In this document: positions 1-10,221 of the stretch, piece by piece
Layout: every line of letters begins with the position of its first letter
How positions within the stretch are numbered: the first letter of the stretch is position 1
Virus record (IMG/VR): IMGVR_UViG_3300005613_000044
Location: 1-64,000 of that record
Source: a virus
Direction: 5' to 3' (one strand)
DNA: 64,000 nucleotides
The notes under the pieces: model-generated
Databases searched by the model: none
What the model was told of the DNA's origin: nothing
What the model saw: only the letters and a program-made list of their open reading frames with translations
Program-made: the position numbers and the translations under genes

Positions 1-1368
1 TGGGCAATTAGACACACTCGTGATTCAAGAACTGAGTTTCTTATTAATAATACTGAGTATGCTGAGATTAATACTGATTATTTAACTCACACATCAGATA
101 TTAGAACACCTATTTTCTATGATTCCAATAATACTGGTTATTATGTTGACCCTGCTTCTACTTCAAAATTAAATTACTTACATGTATCTGGGGGAACAGA
201 AGGCAGAATTGTTATTGGTGATACCAATAGTGCATTGGACACTTTTGATGCAAGTCGTCCAAGTTTATACTTTAATGGTGGGCAATATCCACATCTAACT
301 CTAGATTCAAGAAGTGGGGCAAGCAATGGTACTCACGGAGGCGTTATTAGTATTCTCAGTGCACTTACTTCTGGTTATAGAAGATGGTCAATGGGGACCG
401 CATCATTAAATCCAGGAAATCTTAATTTTGGATATTATGATAATCAAGCAAATCCACATTACGGTAATGGAAATACTGGATATGGTGTAAAAATGTGGAT
501 TGACACTGGAGGGCACTTATATTCCACCGGTTCAATGCGTTCTCCAATCTTCTATGACTCAGACGATACATCAAGATATGTAAATCCCGCAAATGGTGGA
601 TTTGATATGAAAGGAGGGTCTAGTAATCGTGTTCGATACTATACTAGTGATAGTGGTGTATTAGTTAACAATGCTGAGGGAGTTAATAATACTGTTCGTT
701 TAGGTGCTGCTTGGGGTAGATATGGTGTTTACAATGATGGCGTTCTCCAGTTGATGTCAGATAGTACTTCCGGTATATATTTTATTATTGATAACGCCCA
801 ATATGGAACATTAAATACGGATTATTTTACTCACACATCAGATATTAGAACACCTATTTTCTATGATTCTAATAATACTGCATATTACTTAAATCCCGGC
901 GATGCCACTGCTGCAAGAGTGTATGGTGGAATACATTTTGGTACAACATATTCACAATCAAAGAGTGGATTTATTGGTAGACATGGCAGTAATGCTGGAG
1001 GCTTAAATACTGACGCATATCCTGGAACAATATACTCTATCGGATATGATTACATGCCGAGTGGGACAGGACTATCAAATCACTATGGTATTGGATATAC
1101 TCACACCAATGCATCTTTTATTAGTTTTACAGGTGCAAGTGGGTGGGGAATGTATGTTTCTGCTGATGGTGATGCTAGGATTTATCTTTGTGGATCAAAT
1201 GGTGTAATTAGTTCAACTGGTCAACACTATGTGGGTAGTAATGTTGTCTGGAACGCAGGTAATGACGGATCTGGAAGTGGTCTTGATGCTGATACTCTTG
1301 ATGGACAACAAGGTTCTTATTATTCTACTACACCTAAATCAATCATTATGTCAATGATCTTTGGATGA
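1..1368 (+). CDS. Tail fibre / receptor-binding-like protein, 5'-truncated by the window edge
   Basis: Frame is open from base 1 (WAIRHTRDSRTEFL...). G/S/Y/N-rich, three PIFYDS-x-x-T-x-x-Y-x-(D/N)P repeats, C-terminal VWNAGNDGSGSGLDADTLDG motif typical of phage fibres. Confidence 0.75.
   Translation, partial: WAIRHTRDSRTEFLINNTEYAEINTDYLTHTSDIRTPIFYDSNNTGYYVDPASTSKLNYLHVSGGTEGRIVIGDTNSALDTFDASRPSLYFNGGQYPHLTLDSRSGASNGTHGGVISILSALTSGYRRWSMGTASLNPGNLNFGYYDNQANPHYGNGNTGYGVKMWIDTGGHLYSTGSMRSPIFYDSDDTSRYVNPANGGFDMKGGSSNRVRYYTSDSGVLVNNAEGVNNTVRLGAAWGRYGVYNDGVLQLMSDSTSGIYFIIDNAQYGTLNTDYFTHTSDIRTPIFYDSNNTAYYLNPGDATAARVYGGIHFGTTYSQSKSGFIGRHGSNAGGLNTDAYPGTIYSIGYDYMPSGTGLSNHYGIGYTHTNASFISFTGASGWGMYVSADGDARIYLCGSNGVISSTGQHYVGSNVVWNAGNDGSGSGLDADTLDGQQGSYYSTTPKSIIMSMIFG
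85..125 (+). repeat. 41-bp exact direct repeat, copy 1 (copy 2 at 829-869)
   Basis: actcacacatcagatattagaacacctattttctatgattc occurs twice, 744 bp (248 codons) apart, in frame. Confidence 0.9.
829..869 (+). repeat. 41-bp exact direct repeat, copy 2
   Basis: Identical to 85-125. Confidence 0.9.
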
Positions 1369-1400
1369 TCTAAATAAAAAAACAGAAGTAATTACAAATA

Positions 1401-1913
1401 ATGGCAAATCCAAATCTTGCAAATGTGAGTAACATTTATGCAAAAAATTATACAATTGTGAAGGGACTTGCATCAAATGGATCAGTACCATCATCACAGG
1501 TTGGTACATTTAATTTAATTTCCAATCCTTCAAATAGTGGAAAGGTCTTTAAAATAAATCTTATCAATGTTAGTGCTGTCAGTAATACTTTCACTACACC
1601 TAGTGGATCTTCTAGGACTTATCTGACCAGCTCCGAAACGGTGCTGGCCCCTAAATATTCTATTTTGATTAACTCTGGAGGATATGATTATTACGTGATC
1701 AACGATAAACTTATAGAAAATGGTGTCGATAGTGGATTGACCAAAGAGAAATCATTATACTTAACAGAGGGTCAAACTCTTAAATTTTTCTCTTCAACAA
1801 ATAATGCATACTATAATTCTACTCAAACTGCAAGTTTTTATAGTGCTGTATATTACTATGAACATTTAACTTGGGGTTTAGCTTTCATAGTATCCTATGA
1901 GGAGTTATCCTAA
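1401..1913 (+). CDS. Putative virion/fibre-associated protein
   Basis: MANPNLANV start and IVSYEELS end; preceded by late-promoter-like CTAAATA at 1370-1376. Confidence 0.55.
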   Translation: MANPNLANVSNIYAKNYTIVKGLASNGSVPSSQVGTFNLISNPSNSGKVFKINLINVSAVSNTFTTPSGSSRTYLTSSETVLAPKYSILINSGGYDYYVINDKLIENGVDSGLTKEKSLYLTEGQTLKFFSSTNNAYYNSTQTASFYSAVYYYEHLTWGLAFIVSYEELS

Positions 1914-2251
1914 TGAATTACACATATAGTATTCTCGGTCTGAGAAAGAAAACCATTGGTGAACATTCTGATGTAGTCTGTGGTATTACATGGAGAAAAA
2001 TTGGTATTGACGATAATGGATATCAGGGGAAATGTGATACATACGACGATTTAGGAATTGATGAAACTAATGTTGATCAATTTGTAGGTAGTGGTTTTAT
2101 TAATTATTCCAATCTTACTGAATCAAATATAATTAGTTGGATTGAAACTAGTCGTTCTCAAGAAGAAATAAATTTAAAAATTGAAGAGGATATAAATTCA
2201 CAAATGATCAAAGGTATTGAAGTTTCTGATGGTAGTTTACCTTGGCAATAA
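1913..2251 (+). CDS. Hypothetical protein, possible fibre assembly/accessory factor
   Basis: Coupled TAATG start; F(I)xYxxLTExxIIxW and terminal LPW motifs seen in small genes following fibres. Confidence 0.5.
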   Translation: MNYTYSILGLRKKTIGEHSDVVCGITWRKIGIDDNGYQGKCDTYDDLGIDETNVDQFVGSGFINYSNLTESNIISWIETSRSQEEINLKIEEDINSQMIKGIEVSDGSLPWQ

Positions 2252-2301
2252 TGAATTAAAAATTACTCGATCTAAATAGAAAGAGGTCTTTTAATTCCAA
2301 A

Positions 2302-3840
2302 ATGCAAGAAGGTTGGAGTGAAAAATATAAAGATTCTATTGATTGTTCCAACCCAAAAGGTTTCAGTCAAAAGGCTCATTGCCAAGGTAAAAAGAAAGAA
2401 GAAGTAAAAGAAGACCTTCGTAAATGGTTTGGAACTGGAGGAAAAGGTGGAGTTGGTGGAGGTGGTTGGGATCGTTACAACACCAAAGGTGAGAGAATTG
2501 GTAAATGTGCTCGTGAGCCTGGTGAACCAAAACCAAAGTGTCTTTCAAAAGAAAAAGCAGCAAAGATGTCAAAAGATGAAATTGCTGCAGCAGTAAGACG
2601 AAAAAGAAAAAAAGATCCTGTAGCAGATCGTCCAGGTAAAGGAGGAAAACCCAAAATGGTCTCTAATAAAATTAACGAAGCAAAGAAACAACCAGATCAT
2701 GAACATTCCATGATTCGTTCTGAACTTGAAACGATTAGAAAGGCAGTCGATCGTCTCAAGTCAAAAATGAAAGGTGAAGGTAATGTTGAGGCATGGGTTC
2801 AATCTAAAATAACAAAGGCAGCAGATTATATTGACTCTGCTGCAGATTATATTGAAAGTGGTGAACATAATGTTCATGGGTCTATGGATGAATCAAAAAA
2901 AGATCCCTGTTGGGACACTCACAAACAAGTGGGTATAAAGAAAAAAGGTAAGAAAATGGTTCCCAATTGTGTTCCTAAAGAAGAAGTAAGTCCTATCGTT
3001 GCAAGAGTTCTTGATAGACATTTTGCTACTGAAGAACTTGAAAGGATTGAAGAAGAGAACAAACCAACCAATCCAAAACTCTGGTCAAGAGCAAAAGCAC
3101 TTGCAAAGCAGAAGTTTGATGTTTATCCTTCAGCATATGCTAATGGATGGGCATCTAAATGGTATAAGTCAAAAGGTGGTGGTTGGAAATCAACTAAGTC
3201 TGAGGAAGTAGAACAGACTCAAGAGACCATTGAAGAAGCTACGAGAATTCCATCTCAAAGTGGAAACGTTTATCTCACTACCTTTATCTGGAGAGGTAAA
3301 CATATGGCGATGAAACTCTTCTTCCCAGAAGTCAAGAGACCATCAAGAGATGAAGTTCAAGATGCACTCGATAAAGTTTATCCTGGTTGCACACTTCAAA
3401 GATTTTATCCTACAACATTCCAACCTACAGATGCAGTTCTGAATGTTGGTGTAAAGGAGGGAAGTGAGTTAAAGTATTGTCCAAAGTGTAAGAAGATTGA
3501 AACCAGATCTGATTGTGCATATGGCGGTTCTTACTGGGATGATAATGCAAAAGAAGTAAGCACTGATGAAAATGGTTCTATGGAAGTTTCTGAAGGTGCA
3601 GCCTGGACTCGTAAAGAAGGGCAAAATAAAGAAGGTGGTCTCAATGAAAAAGGACGTAAATCTTATGAAAAAGAAAATCCTGGTTCTGACTTAAAGGCAC
3701 CAAGTAAGAAAGTTGGAAATCCTAGAAGAGCATCATTCTGCGCAAGAATGAAAGGCATGAAGAAAAAACTTACTTCAAAGAAAACTGCTAACGATCCCGA
3801 TAGCAGAATCAATAAGTCCCTTAGAGCTTGGAATTGCTGA
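2302..3840 (+). CDS. Lys-rich multi-module protein, putative internal head polyprotein
   Basis: About eight short basic modules separated by x-x-E linkers; late-promoter-like CTAAATA at 2272-2278. Confidence 0.6.
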   Translation: MQEGWSEKYKDSIDCSNPKGFSQKAHCQGKKKEEVKEDLRKWFGTGGKGGVGGGGWDRYNTKGERIGKCAREPGEPKPKCLSKEKAAKMSKDEIAAAVRRKRKKDPVADRPGKGGKPKMVSNKINEAKKQPDHEHSMIRSELETIRKAVDRLKSKMKGEGNVEAWVQSKITKAADYIDSAADYIESGEHNVHGSMDESKKDPCWDTHKQVGIKKKGKKMVPNCVPKEEVSPIVARVLDRHFATEELERIEEENKPTNPKLWSRAKALAKQKFDVYPSAYANGWASKWYKSKGGGWKSTKSEEVEQTQETIEEATRIPSQSGNVYLTTFIWRGKHMAMKLFFPEVKRPSRDEVQDALDKVYPGCTLQRFYPTTFQPTDAVLNVGVKEGSELKYCPKCKKIETRSDCAYGGSYWDDNAKEVSTDENGSMEVSEGAAWTRKEGQNKEGGLNEKGRKSYEKENPGSDLKAPSKKVGNPRRASFCARMKGMKKKLTSKKTANDPDSRINKSLRAWNC

Positions 3841-3841
3841 T

Positions 3842-4162
3842 ATGAAAAATTTCAAACAATTCATTTCAGAGACAGTTAATATCTCTGGTGACTTCAACGG
3901 AAACTTATATGTAAACTCTCAACCCGAAGAACCAAAACAAGTTGGTGAAAATTATGTTGCAGATGTTACTTGGATGGGTAGCATCTATCGTCTTGAAATG
4001 GTGTCCAAGAATGGTATTCCAACCAAACAAGAACTTGGAGAACAACTGCAAAAAGATTATCCTGGAGCAATGGTTCAAAACATTTATCCAGTAGAAGAAA
4101 AGAATTTTAATATTAAAAACGCAAGAAGATATCATCCTTCAAAACTAGAATGGATTGACTAA
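3842..4162 (+). CDS. Putative internal head protein with capsid-targeting-like N-terminus
   Basis: MKNFKQFISE resembles the T4 internal-protein capsid-targeting sequence MKTYQEFIAE. Confidence 0.6.
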   Translation: MKNFKQFISETVNISGDFNGNLYVNSQPEEPKQVGENYVADVTWMGSIYRLEMVSKNGIPTKQELGEQLQKDYPGAMVQNIYPVEEKNFNIKNARRYHPSKLEWID

Positions 4163-4165
4163 ATT

Positions 4166-5530
4166 ATGGCTCAGTGGAATAAGAATACACAAGATTATCT
4201 AAATCAAGAGAGAACACTTCACGAAGTCTTTATGTGTGCCGATAGATATGGCAACATTGGAGATTGTGGAGTATCTACAGGAATAAGTGCTGGTGGTTAT
4301 GATGCTTTTGGTCGTTCTAGAACATCAGAACCCTTCACACTTGCAGACTATTCACATCAATATGGATTAAATGAAGAAATCCTCACTAAAAAAGTTGGAA
4401 CTGCATCTACAGTAGAATATCTCAGAAATAAAGCAGCAGCATCACTTGTAGTTGGAATTGGTTCCACTGATTATGTGATACATCAGTCTAGAATGTATCA
4501 CCACTACATGCCAGGCAAATCCCAGTTTGCTCTTTCTAGTTTTAACTTTAATGATGTCAGAGAGAATACTGTTAAAAGAACTGGATACTTTGATGATAGA
4601 AATGGAGTATTTGTTCAGCAGGAAGGTGATGGAACAGTTTCTTTGGTAAGAAGAGATTATGTCTCTGGTATTGCATCGGATACTGTTGTCAATCAATCCA
4701 GTTGGAGTTTAGATCCAATGAATGGTGTTGGTATTTCCAGCATCAGTCTTGACTTTACAAAGACTCAGTTATTTGCAACTGATTTTCAATGGTTAGGCGT
4801 TGGCAGAATTCGTTGTGGATTTGTCATTGGCGGAAGCCTTGTATATTGTCACGAATTCAATCATTCTAATGTAGAAGAAAATGTCTATTGGAGTCATCCA
4901 TCACTTCCCATTCGATGTGAAGTAAGAAATACGGATACTGCTGTTGGTATCACATCAATGCAACAGATTTGTTCTACTGTATTAAGTGAAGGTGGATATG
5001 AAGAAAGTGGATTTGAATTCTCACATGGAATATCAACTGCAATTTCTCTTCCTGGTTCTAATAGTGCTCCAAATCACATTAAGTGTGTAATGGCAATTCG
5101 TGCCAAAACAACTGTAAATGGATATCCAAATAGAACAACAATTCGTCTTTCAGATTTAGAACTTCTTTCTACTTCTGCACCTTGTAAGTTTGATGTTTAC
5201 AGAATGCCAGATAGTTCAAACATTACTGGGGGAACTTGGGTAGATTTTGATGATGATTACTCTGGTGTTCAGTATAATATCGATGTTGGCACTAACTTCA
5301 ATCTAACAAATGCATATCCAAAATCTACTGGATATGTAACAGGAAATAATCCATCAGGTAAACAAGCATCCGGTAATATCAATTTGAGCCCATCATCCGC
5401 AAAAAAATCATATCTTGCACAAAACATAGATAGTGATGATAGTAACATTTTTGCAGTAGTTGTTCAAAACTTAACTACAAATACTGCAAATGAAATTTAT
5501 GTTGCTATGCAATGGAGAGAAACACGATAG
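4166..5530 (+). CDS. Putative virion structural protein
   Basis: 454 aa, beta-strand-rich composition, DAFGRxRxSxPFTL motif, located in the late region. Confidence 0.55.
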   Translation: MAQWNKNTQDYLNQERTLHEVFMCADRYGNIGDCGVSTGISAGGYDAFGRSRTSEPFTLADYSHQYGLNEEILTKKVGTASTVEYLRNKAAASLVVGIGSTDYVIHQSRMYHHYMPGKSQFALSSFNFNDVRENTVKRTGYFDDRNGVFVQQEGDGTVSLVRRDYVSGIASDTVVNQSSWSLDPMNGVGISSISLDFTKTQLFATDFQWLGVGRIRCGFVIGGSLVYCHEFNHSNVEENVYWSHPSLPIRCEVRNTDTAVGITSMQQICSTVLSEGGYEESGFEFSHGISTAISLPGSNSAPNHIKCVMAIRAKTTVNGYPNRTTIRLSDLELLSTSAPCKFDVYRMPDSSNITGGTWVDFDDDYSGVQYNIDVGTNFNLTNAYPKSTGYVTGNNPSGKQASGNINLSPSSAKKSYLAQNIDSDDSNIFAVVVQNLTTNTANEIYVAMQWRETR

Positions 5531-5539
5531 GTATTTTTT

Positions 5540-6025
5540 ATGAGTTCTGTAATAGTAAAAGTTCCAAAAGAAAAGTTAAATCCTACAGTCGTGCGAAATA
5601 TTGCTCGCAAACACTGGGGATTAACAAAGGAACAAATGGTAGGTATGCATGTCCATCATTTTCCACCAAGAAGTAAAGGTGGAAAAGATATTCCAGAACA
5701 TTTATATGTTTGTAGTGCAGAATTTCATAAAAAGGTGTGGCATGGTGATGAGTATTATATGAAAAATTTAATGAAGGCCGTAGAATATAATACTGGCAGA
5801 AAACAAAGTGAAGAAACGCAGGAAAAGAAGAGAAGAAAGTTAAAAGGTAAAAGATTTGGTAATAATATTCCAGGGGTTAGTAATAGTCATTTTAATAAAA
5901 AAGTTAAAATTAAAGATAGGACTTACGAATCATTGACTGATGCGGCAAAGCATTTAAATATATCTTTGCAGTGTCTACACTATAGAATGAAAAACTGGAA
6001 AAATAGGGGGTATGAATATGTCTGA
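5540..6025 (+). CDS. Free-standing HNH homing endonuclease with NUMOD3/NUMOD1-like DNA-binding modules
   Basis: HVHH..PRSKGG...HL......H...H; GRKQSEET; YESLTDAAKHL; overlaps the gp17 start. Confidence 0.75.
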   Translation: MSSVIVKVPKEKLNPTVVRNIARKHWGLTKEQMVGMHVHHFPPRSKGGKDIPEHLYVCSAEFHKKVWHGDEYYMKNLMKAVEYNTGRKQSEETQEKKRRKLKGKRFGNNIPGVSNSHFNKKVKIKDRTYESLTDAAKHLNISLQCLHYRMKNWKNRGYEYV

Positions 6026-7679
6026 TGTCTATTTGGGAAATCCTCTCCTGAAAAAAGCAAACACTCCTATTGAGTTCACTCAAGATCAGATTGAGGAATA
6101 TATCAAATGTAAAGACAATCCTGTATATTTTGCACAGAATTATGTTCAAATTGTGACTCTTGATCATGGTCTTCAACCATTTAAGACTTATGATTTTCAA
6201 GAAAAGTTAATTAGTCGATTTCATGAAAATCGATTTAATATTTGTAAGATGCCACGACAGACTGGTAAGTCAACTACCGTAGTATCATATCTGTTACATT
6301 ATGCTGTCTTTAATGACAGTGTAAATATTGGCATTCTGGCTAACAAAGCATCAACAGCTAGAGAACTTTTATCTAGACTTGCAACTGCTTATGAAAATCT
6401 TCCTAAGTGGATGCAACAGGGTGTCATTGCATGGAATAAAGGAAACATCGAATTAGAAAATGGAAGTAAAATATTGGCAGCTTCTACGTCTGCAAGTGCT
6501 GTCAGAGGTATGTCGTTTAACATCATCTTTCTCGACGAGTTCGCGTTCGTCCCAAATCACATTGCTGACTCGTTCTTTGCCTCTGTTTATCCTACTATTA
6601 CGTCTGGTAAATCGACGAAGGTAATTATCGTTTCTACTCCACACGGTATGAATCATTTCTACCGAATGTGGAATGATGCAGAAAAGAAAAAGAATGAATA
6701 TGTACCTACTGATGTTCACTGGTCTGAGGTTCCTGGTAGGGATGAAGTTTGGAAAGAACAGACTATTAAGAACACTTCAGAACAGCAGTTTAAAATTGAG
6801 TTTGAGTGCGAGTTTTTAGGTTCTGTTGATACTCTGATTGCTCCGAGTAAACTTAAAAGTCTTGTTTACGAAAATCCAATTCAAAAAAGTGCAAGTCTGG
6901 ATATTTATGAGAGTGTAATCAGTGGTCATGATTATATTATTACTGTTGACGTAGCGAGAGGAGTTGGTAATGACTATTCTGCATTTGTAGTTGTTGATAT
7001 TTCAAAGTTTCCACACAAACTTGTTGCAAAGTATAGAAATAATGAGATTAAACCAATGTTATTTCCAAATATAATTTGGGAAGTAGCAAAAAAATATAAC
7101 GATGCATTTATTTTGTGTGAGGTAAATGATATTGGAGATCAGGTAGCAAGTATTATTCAGTATGATCTTGAGTATCAGAATTTGTTAATGTGTTCTATGA
7201 GGGGTAGAGCAGGGCAGATTGTCGGTCAGGGTTTCTCTGGTAAAAAGACACAGTTAGGTGTCAAGATGTCTAAGACTGTGAAGAAAGTTGGTTCTCTCAA
7301 TCTCAAAACAATGATTGAAGAGGATAAAATTTTGTTATGTGATTATGACATCATATCGGAACTTACGACTTTCATTCAGAAAAAAAATTCTTTTGAAGCT
7401 GAAGAAGGTTGTAATGATGACTTGGCTATGTGTTTAGTCATCTATGCATGGTTAGTTGCTCAGGACTATTTTAAGGAACTCACTGATCAGGATGTCAGAA
7501 AAAGAATTTACGAGGAACAAAAAAATCAAATTGACCAGGATATGGCACCTTTTGGTTTTCTGAATGACGGTTTAGATGATACTACATTTGTTGATGCTGA
7601 TGGTGACAGATGGACGACTTCATCTACAATGGATGAATATGGAAATACCGCAGGTGGTTGGACTCTCTGGAATTATTAA
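6012..7679 (+). CDS. gp17: Terminase large subunit
   Basis: YLGNPLLK start, PRQTGKST Walker A, IFLDEFAF Walker B, nuclease DVARG and NDDLAM motifs; alternative start at 6018. Confidence 0.97.
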   Translation: MNMSDVYLGNPLLKKANTPIEFTQDQIEEYIKCKDNPVYFAQNYVQIVTLDHGLQPFKTYDFQEKLISRFHENRFNICKMPRQTGKSTTVVSYLLHYAVFNDSVNIGILANKASTARELLSRLATAYENLPKWMQQGVIAWNKGNIELENGSKILAASTSASAVRGMSFNIIFLDEFAFVPNHIADSFFASVYPTITSGKSTKVIIVSTPHGMNHFYRMWNDAEKKKNEYVPTDVHWSEVPGRDEVWKEQTIKNTSEQQFKIEFECEFLGSVDTLIAPSKLKSLVYENPIQKSASLDIYESVISGHDYIITVDVARGVGNDYSAFVVVDISKFPHKLVAKYRNNEIKPMLFPNIIWEVAKKYNDAFILCEVNDIGDQVASIIQYDLEYQNLLMCSMRGRAGQIVGQGFSGKKTQLGVKMSKTVKKVGSLNLKTMIEEDKILLCDYDIISELTTFIQKKNSFEAEEGCNDDLAMCLVIYAWLVAQDYFKELTDQDVRKRIYEEQKNQIDQDMAPFGFLNDGLDDTTFVDADGDRWTTSSTMDEYGNTAGGWTLWNY

Positions 7680-7900
7680 TGGATTTAGATAAACAAATAA
7701 AGTTAGGTCACCTTCTACTCAATGATAGGAAATGTAGATCTTGCGGGGAAGAAAAAAATTTAATTGATGGTTTTTATCGAATTCGTAAAGATAGAGGACC
7801 AGTAGCATCTTCTTATTCTTATGAGTGTAAAGAGTGTACAAAGAAAAGGATAATACAGAATAGAAAGTGTAAAAATCATTGGGTTTATCCAGATTGGTAG
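7679..7900 (+). CDS. Small zinc-finger hypothetical protein
   Basis: CRSC...CKEC; ATG overlaps the gp17 stop. Confidence 0.6.
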   Translation: MDLDKQIKLGHLLLNDRKCRSCGEEKNLIDGFYRIRKDRGPVASSYSYECKECTKKRIIQNRKCKNHWVYPDW

Positions 7901-7979
7901 TTCATGTCACATTTCCCCACTGAAAGGTCTATTTTTTCTAAATATTTTTAGATAAACTGAGATCCTAAAGGAGAAAAAC

Positions 7980-10184
7980 ATGGCAACTCCTCAATTATCT
8001 CCAGGCGTACTCGTCAGAGAGGTTGATTTAACAGTTGGTAGAGGCAATAATGTCCTCGATAACATTGGTGCTATTGCTGGTCCCTTCAGAATTGGTCCTG
8101 TCGATGATCCAATTCAAGTTTCCAATCAGCAAGAGTTAATCAATACTTTTGGTACTCCCCTTTCCACTGACAGACAGTATGAGTACTGGATGAGTGCTTC
8201 TTCCTTCCTTTCATATGGAGGGGTTCTTAAGGTTGTAAGAACTAACGACGACAATCTTACAAACGGCAATGCTGGTGTTGGAATTGCTTCAACTTCAACA
8301 CTCAACATTACAAATTATGATGATTACGAGGCTAACCACACTAACGATACTACTTTTTACTGGGCAGCTAGAAATCCTGGTTCTTGGTCAAACTCAATGA
8401 GAGTTTGTATTATTGATGACGCAGCTGACCAAATTATTGGTATTACAACAGATAGTCTTGCTAGTGTAGGTGCTGCTGTTGGTTATGGTGTTACTTCACC
8501 ACTTTCAAGTACTATTCTTCCTGGTGCTGGTACAACATCAACATTTGATGGGTATCTGAAAGGTATTATTACTGGTGTTAGTACTGACTCCACAAATAGT
8601 AATAGTACTATTAATGTTAAAATTCTTTCTAGAGTTTCAACAGCTGGTACAGAATATCCAATTACTTATAGTGAGAATGATACAAATTCCTCTTTTGAAG
8701 TTAGTGACTCACTGACATTCTTGGGGAACGATGGATCAAACGCTGGATCAGCTACTGTAGCTACTGAAAAAGATTGGTATAACGAACAAACTCTTGGTCT
8801 TACCAATTCAACTGTTTATTGGAAGTCAATCGCTCCTAGACCAATCTCCTCAAATTACTCCACTTCTAGAAGTGGTAGAGGTGATTCGATTCACGTTGTA
8901 GTTTATGACGACACTGGATCAATTACAGGTATTCAAGGTAACATCTTAGAGAAGCATTTGTTCCTTTCTAAGGCAGTTGATGCTGGAGCAAACGCAGATT
9001 CTCCAACGAAGATTTACTACAAGGACTTTATTTCAAGAAATTCAACACAAGTCTTCCCTGGATATAATCCATCGAATGCAGCTGATTCATATTGGAATAC
9101 TGAACCTCTTTCTGTTGGTTTCTCCACCAACTATGTTAAGTATACAACTGCTGAAGGTCTTTGGGGTCAAACAGCTCAAGATACTGTATTCAGTGCTATT
9201 GGTAATGTTTCCTATGTCTTTGATGGTGGTAAAGACTATTCTGGAAATGTTCCAGAAATTGGTGGAAATGGTGGAATGGAGGCAACTTTAGGTAATCTGA
9301 ATACTTCATATAGATTGTTCTCGAATAGAGATGAAGAAGCTGTTGATTACCTGATAATGGGTCCTGGACTTTCAAACGAGAGTGAATCACAAGCTAAGGC
9401 AAATCTTTTGATTTCTATAGCTGAAGGTAGAAAGGACTGTGTTGCTACAGTTGGTCCACACAGAGCTAACATCGTTAACGTTACAAATTCAACAACTCAA
9501 ACAACAAATCTTCTGAGATTCTTTAGTCCATTACAATCTTCTTCATACGCTGTATTTGATAGTGGATATAAGTATACTTACGATAGATTCAATAATGAGT
9601 TCCGTTATATTCCAACTAACGGTGACGTTGCTGGTCTGATGGTTAGAACTGGAATTCTGGCTTATCCTTGGTTCTCACCAGCTGGATTACAAAGAGGTGT
9701 TCTGAATAACGCTGTTAAACTGGCATACAATCCAGATAAGTCTCAAAGAGACCTTCTCTATCCAGCAAGAGTTAATTCCATTATTAACAGAAAAGGTTCT
9801 GGAGTAGTTCTCTTCGGAGATAAGACAGCTCTTGGATACTCTTCGGCATTTGACAGAATCAATGTTAGAAGATTGTTCTTGACTGTTGAACAGGCTCTCG
9901 AAGAGGCAGCTCAAACTCAACTCTTCGAACTGAACGATGAGAACACAAGAGCAAACTTTGTTAACATCGTTGAACCTTACCTCCGTGATGTTCAGGCTAA
10001 GAGAGGTCTTTATGACTTCTTAGTTGTTTGTGATACTTCAAACAATACTCCTGAGGTTATTGATAATAATGAATTTAGAGCTGATATTTACTTGAAACCA
10101 ACCAAGTCTATCAACTACATCACACTGACCTTCGTAGCAACCCGTACTGGTGTTGCATTCGAAGAAGTTGTTGGTACTGTTTGA
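7980..10184 (+). CDS. gp18: Tail sheath protein
   Basis: SPGVLVREVDLT, WFSPAG, FDRINVRRLF, FVATRTGVAFEE. Confidence 0.97.
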   Translation: MATPQLSPGVLVREVDLTVGRGNNVLDNIGAIAGPFRIGPVDDPIQVSNQQELINTFGTPLSTDRQYEYWMSASSFLSYGGVLKVVRTNDDNLTNGNAGVGIASTSTLNITNYDDYEANHTNDTTFYWAARNPGSWSNSMRVCIIDDAADQIIGITTDSLASVGAAVGYGVTSPLSSTILPGAGTTSTFDGYLKGIITGVSTDSTNSNSTINVKILSRVSTAGTEYPITYSENDTNSSFEVSDSLTFLGNDGSNAGSATVATEKDWYNEQTLGLTNSTVYWKSIAPRPISSNYSTSRSGRGDSIHVVVYDDTGSITGIQGNILEKHLFLSKAVDAGANADSPTKIYYKDFISRNSTQVFPGYNPSNAADSYWNTEPLSVGFSTNYVKYTTAEGLWGQTAQDTVFSAIGNVSYVFDGGKDYSGNVPEIGGNGGMEATLGNLNTSYRLFSNRDEEAVDYLIMGPGLSNESESQAKANLLISIAEGRKDCVATVGPHRANIVNVTNSTTQTTNLLRFFSPLQSSSYAVFDSGYKYTYDRFNNEFRYIPTNGDVAGLMVRTGILAYPWFSPAGLQRGVLNNAVKLAYNPDKSQRDLLYPARVNSIINRKGSGVVLFGDKTALGYSSAFDRINVRRLFLTVEQALEEAAQTQLFELNDENTRANFVNIVEPYLRDVQAKRGLYDFLVVCDTSNNTPEVIDNNEFRADIYLKPTKSINYITLTFVATRTGVAFEEVVGTV

Positions 10185-10221
10185 TTTTTTAAATTATAAA
10201 AACATTTAGGAGGACCTAACA

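Noticed and set aside
1-1368. Diversity-generating retroelement template/variable repeat pair
   Set aside because: The repeats are short and identical with no adenine-specific mismatches, and no reverse transcriptase is in the window
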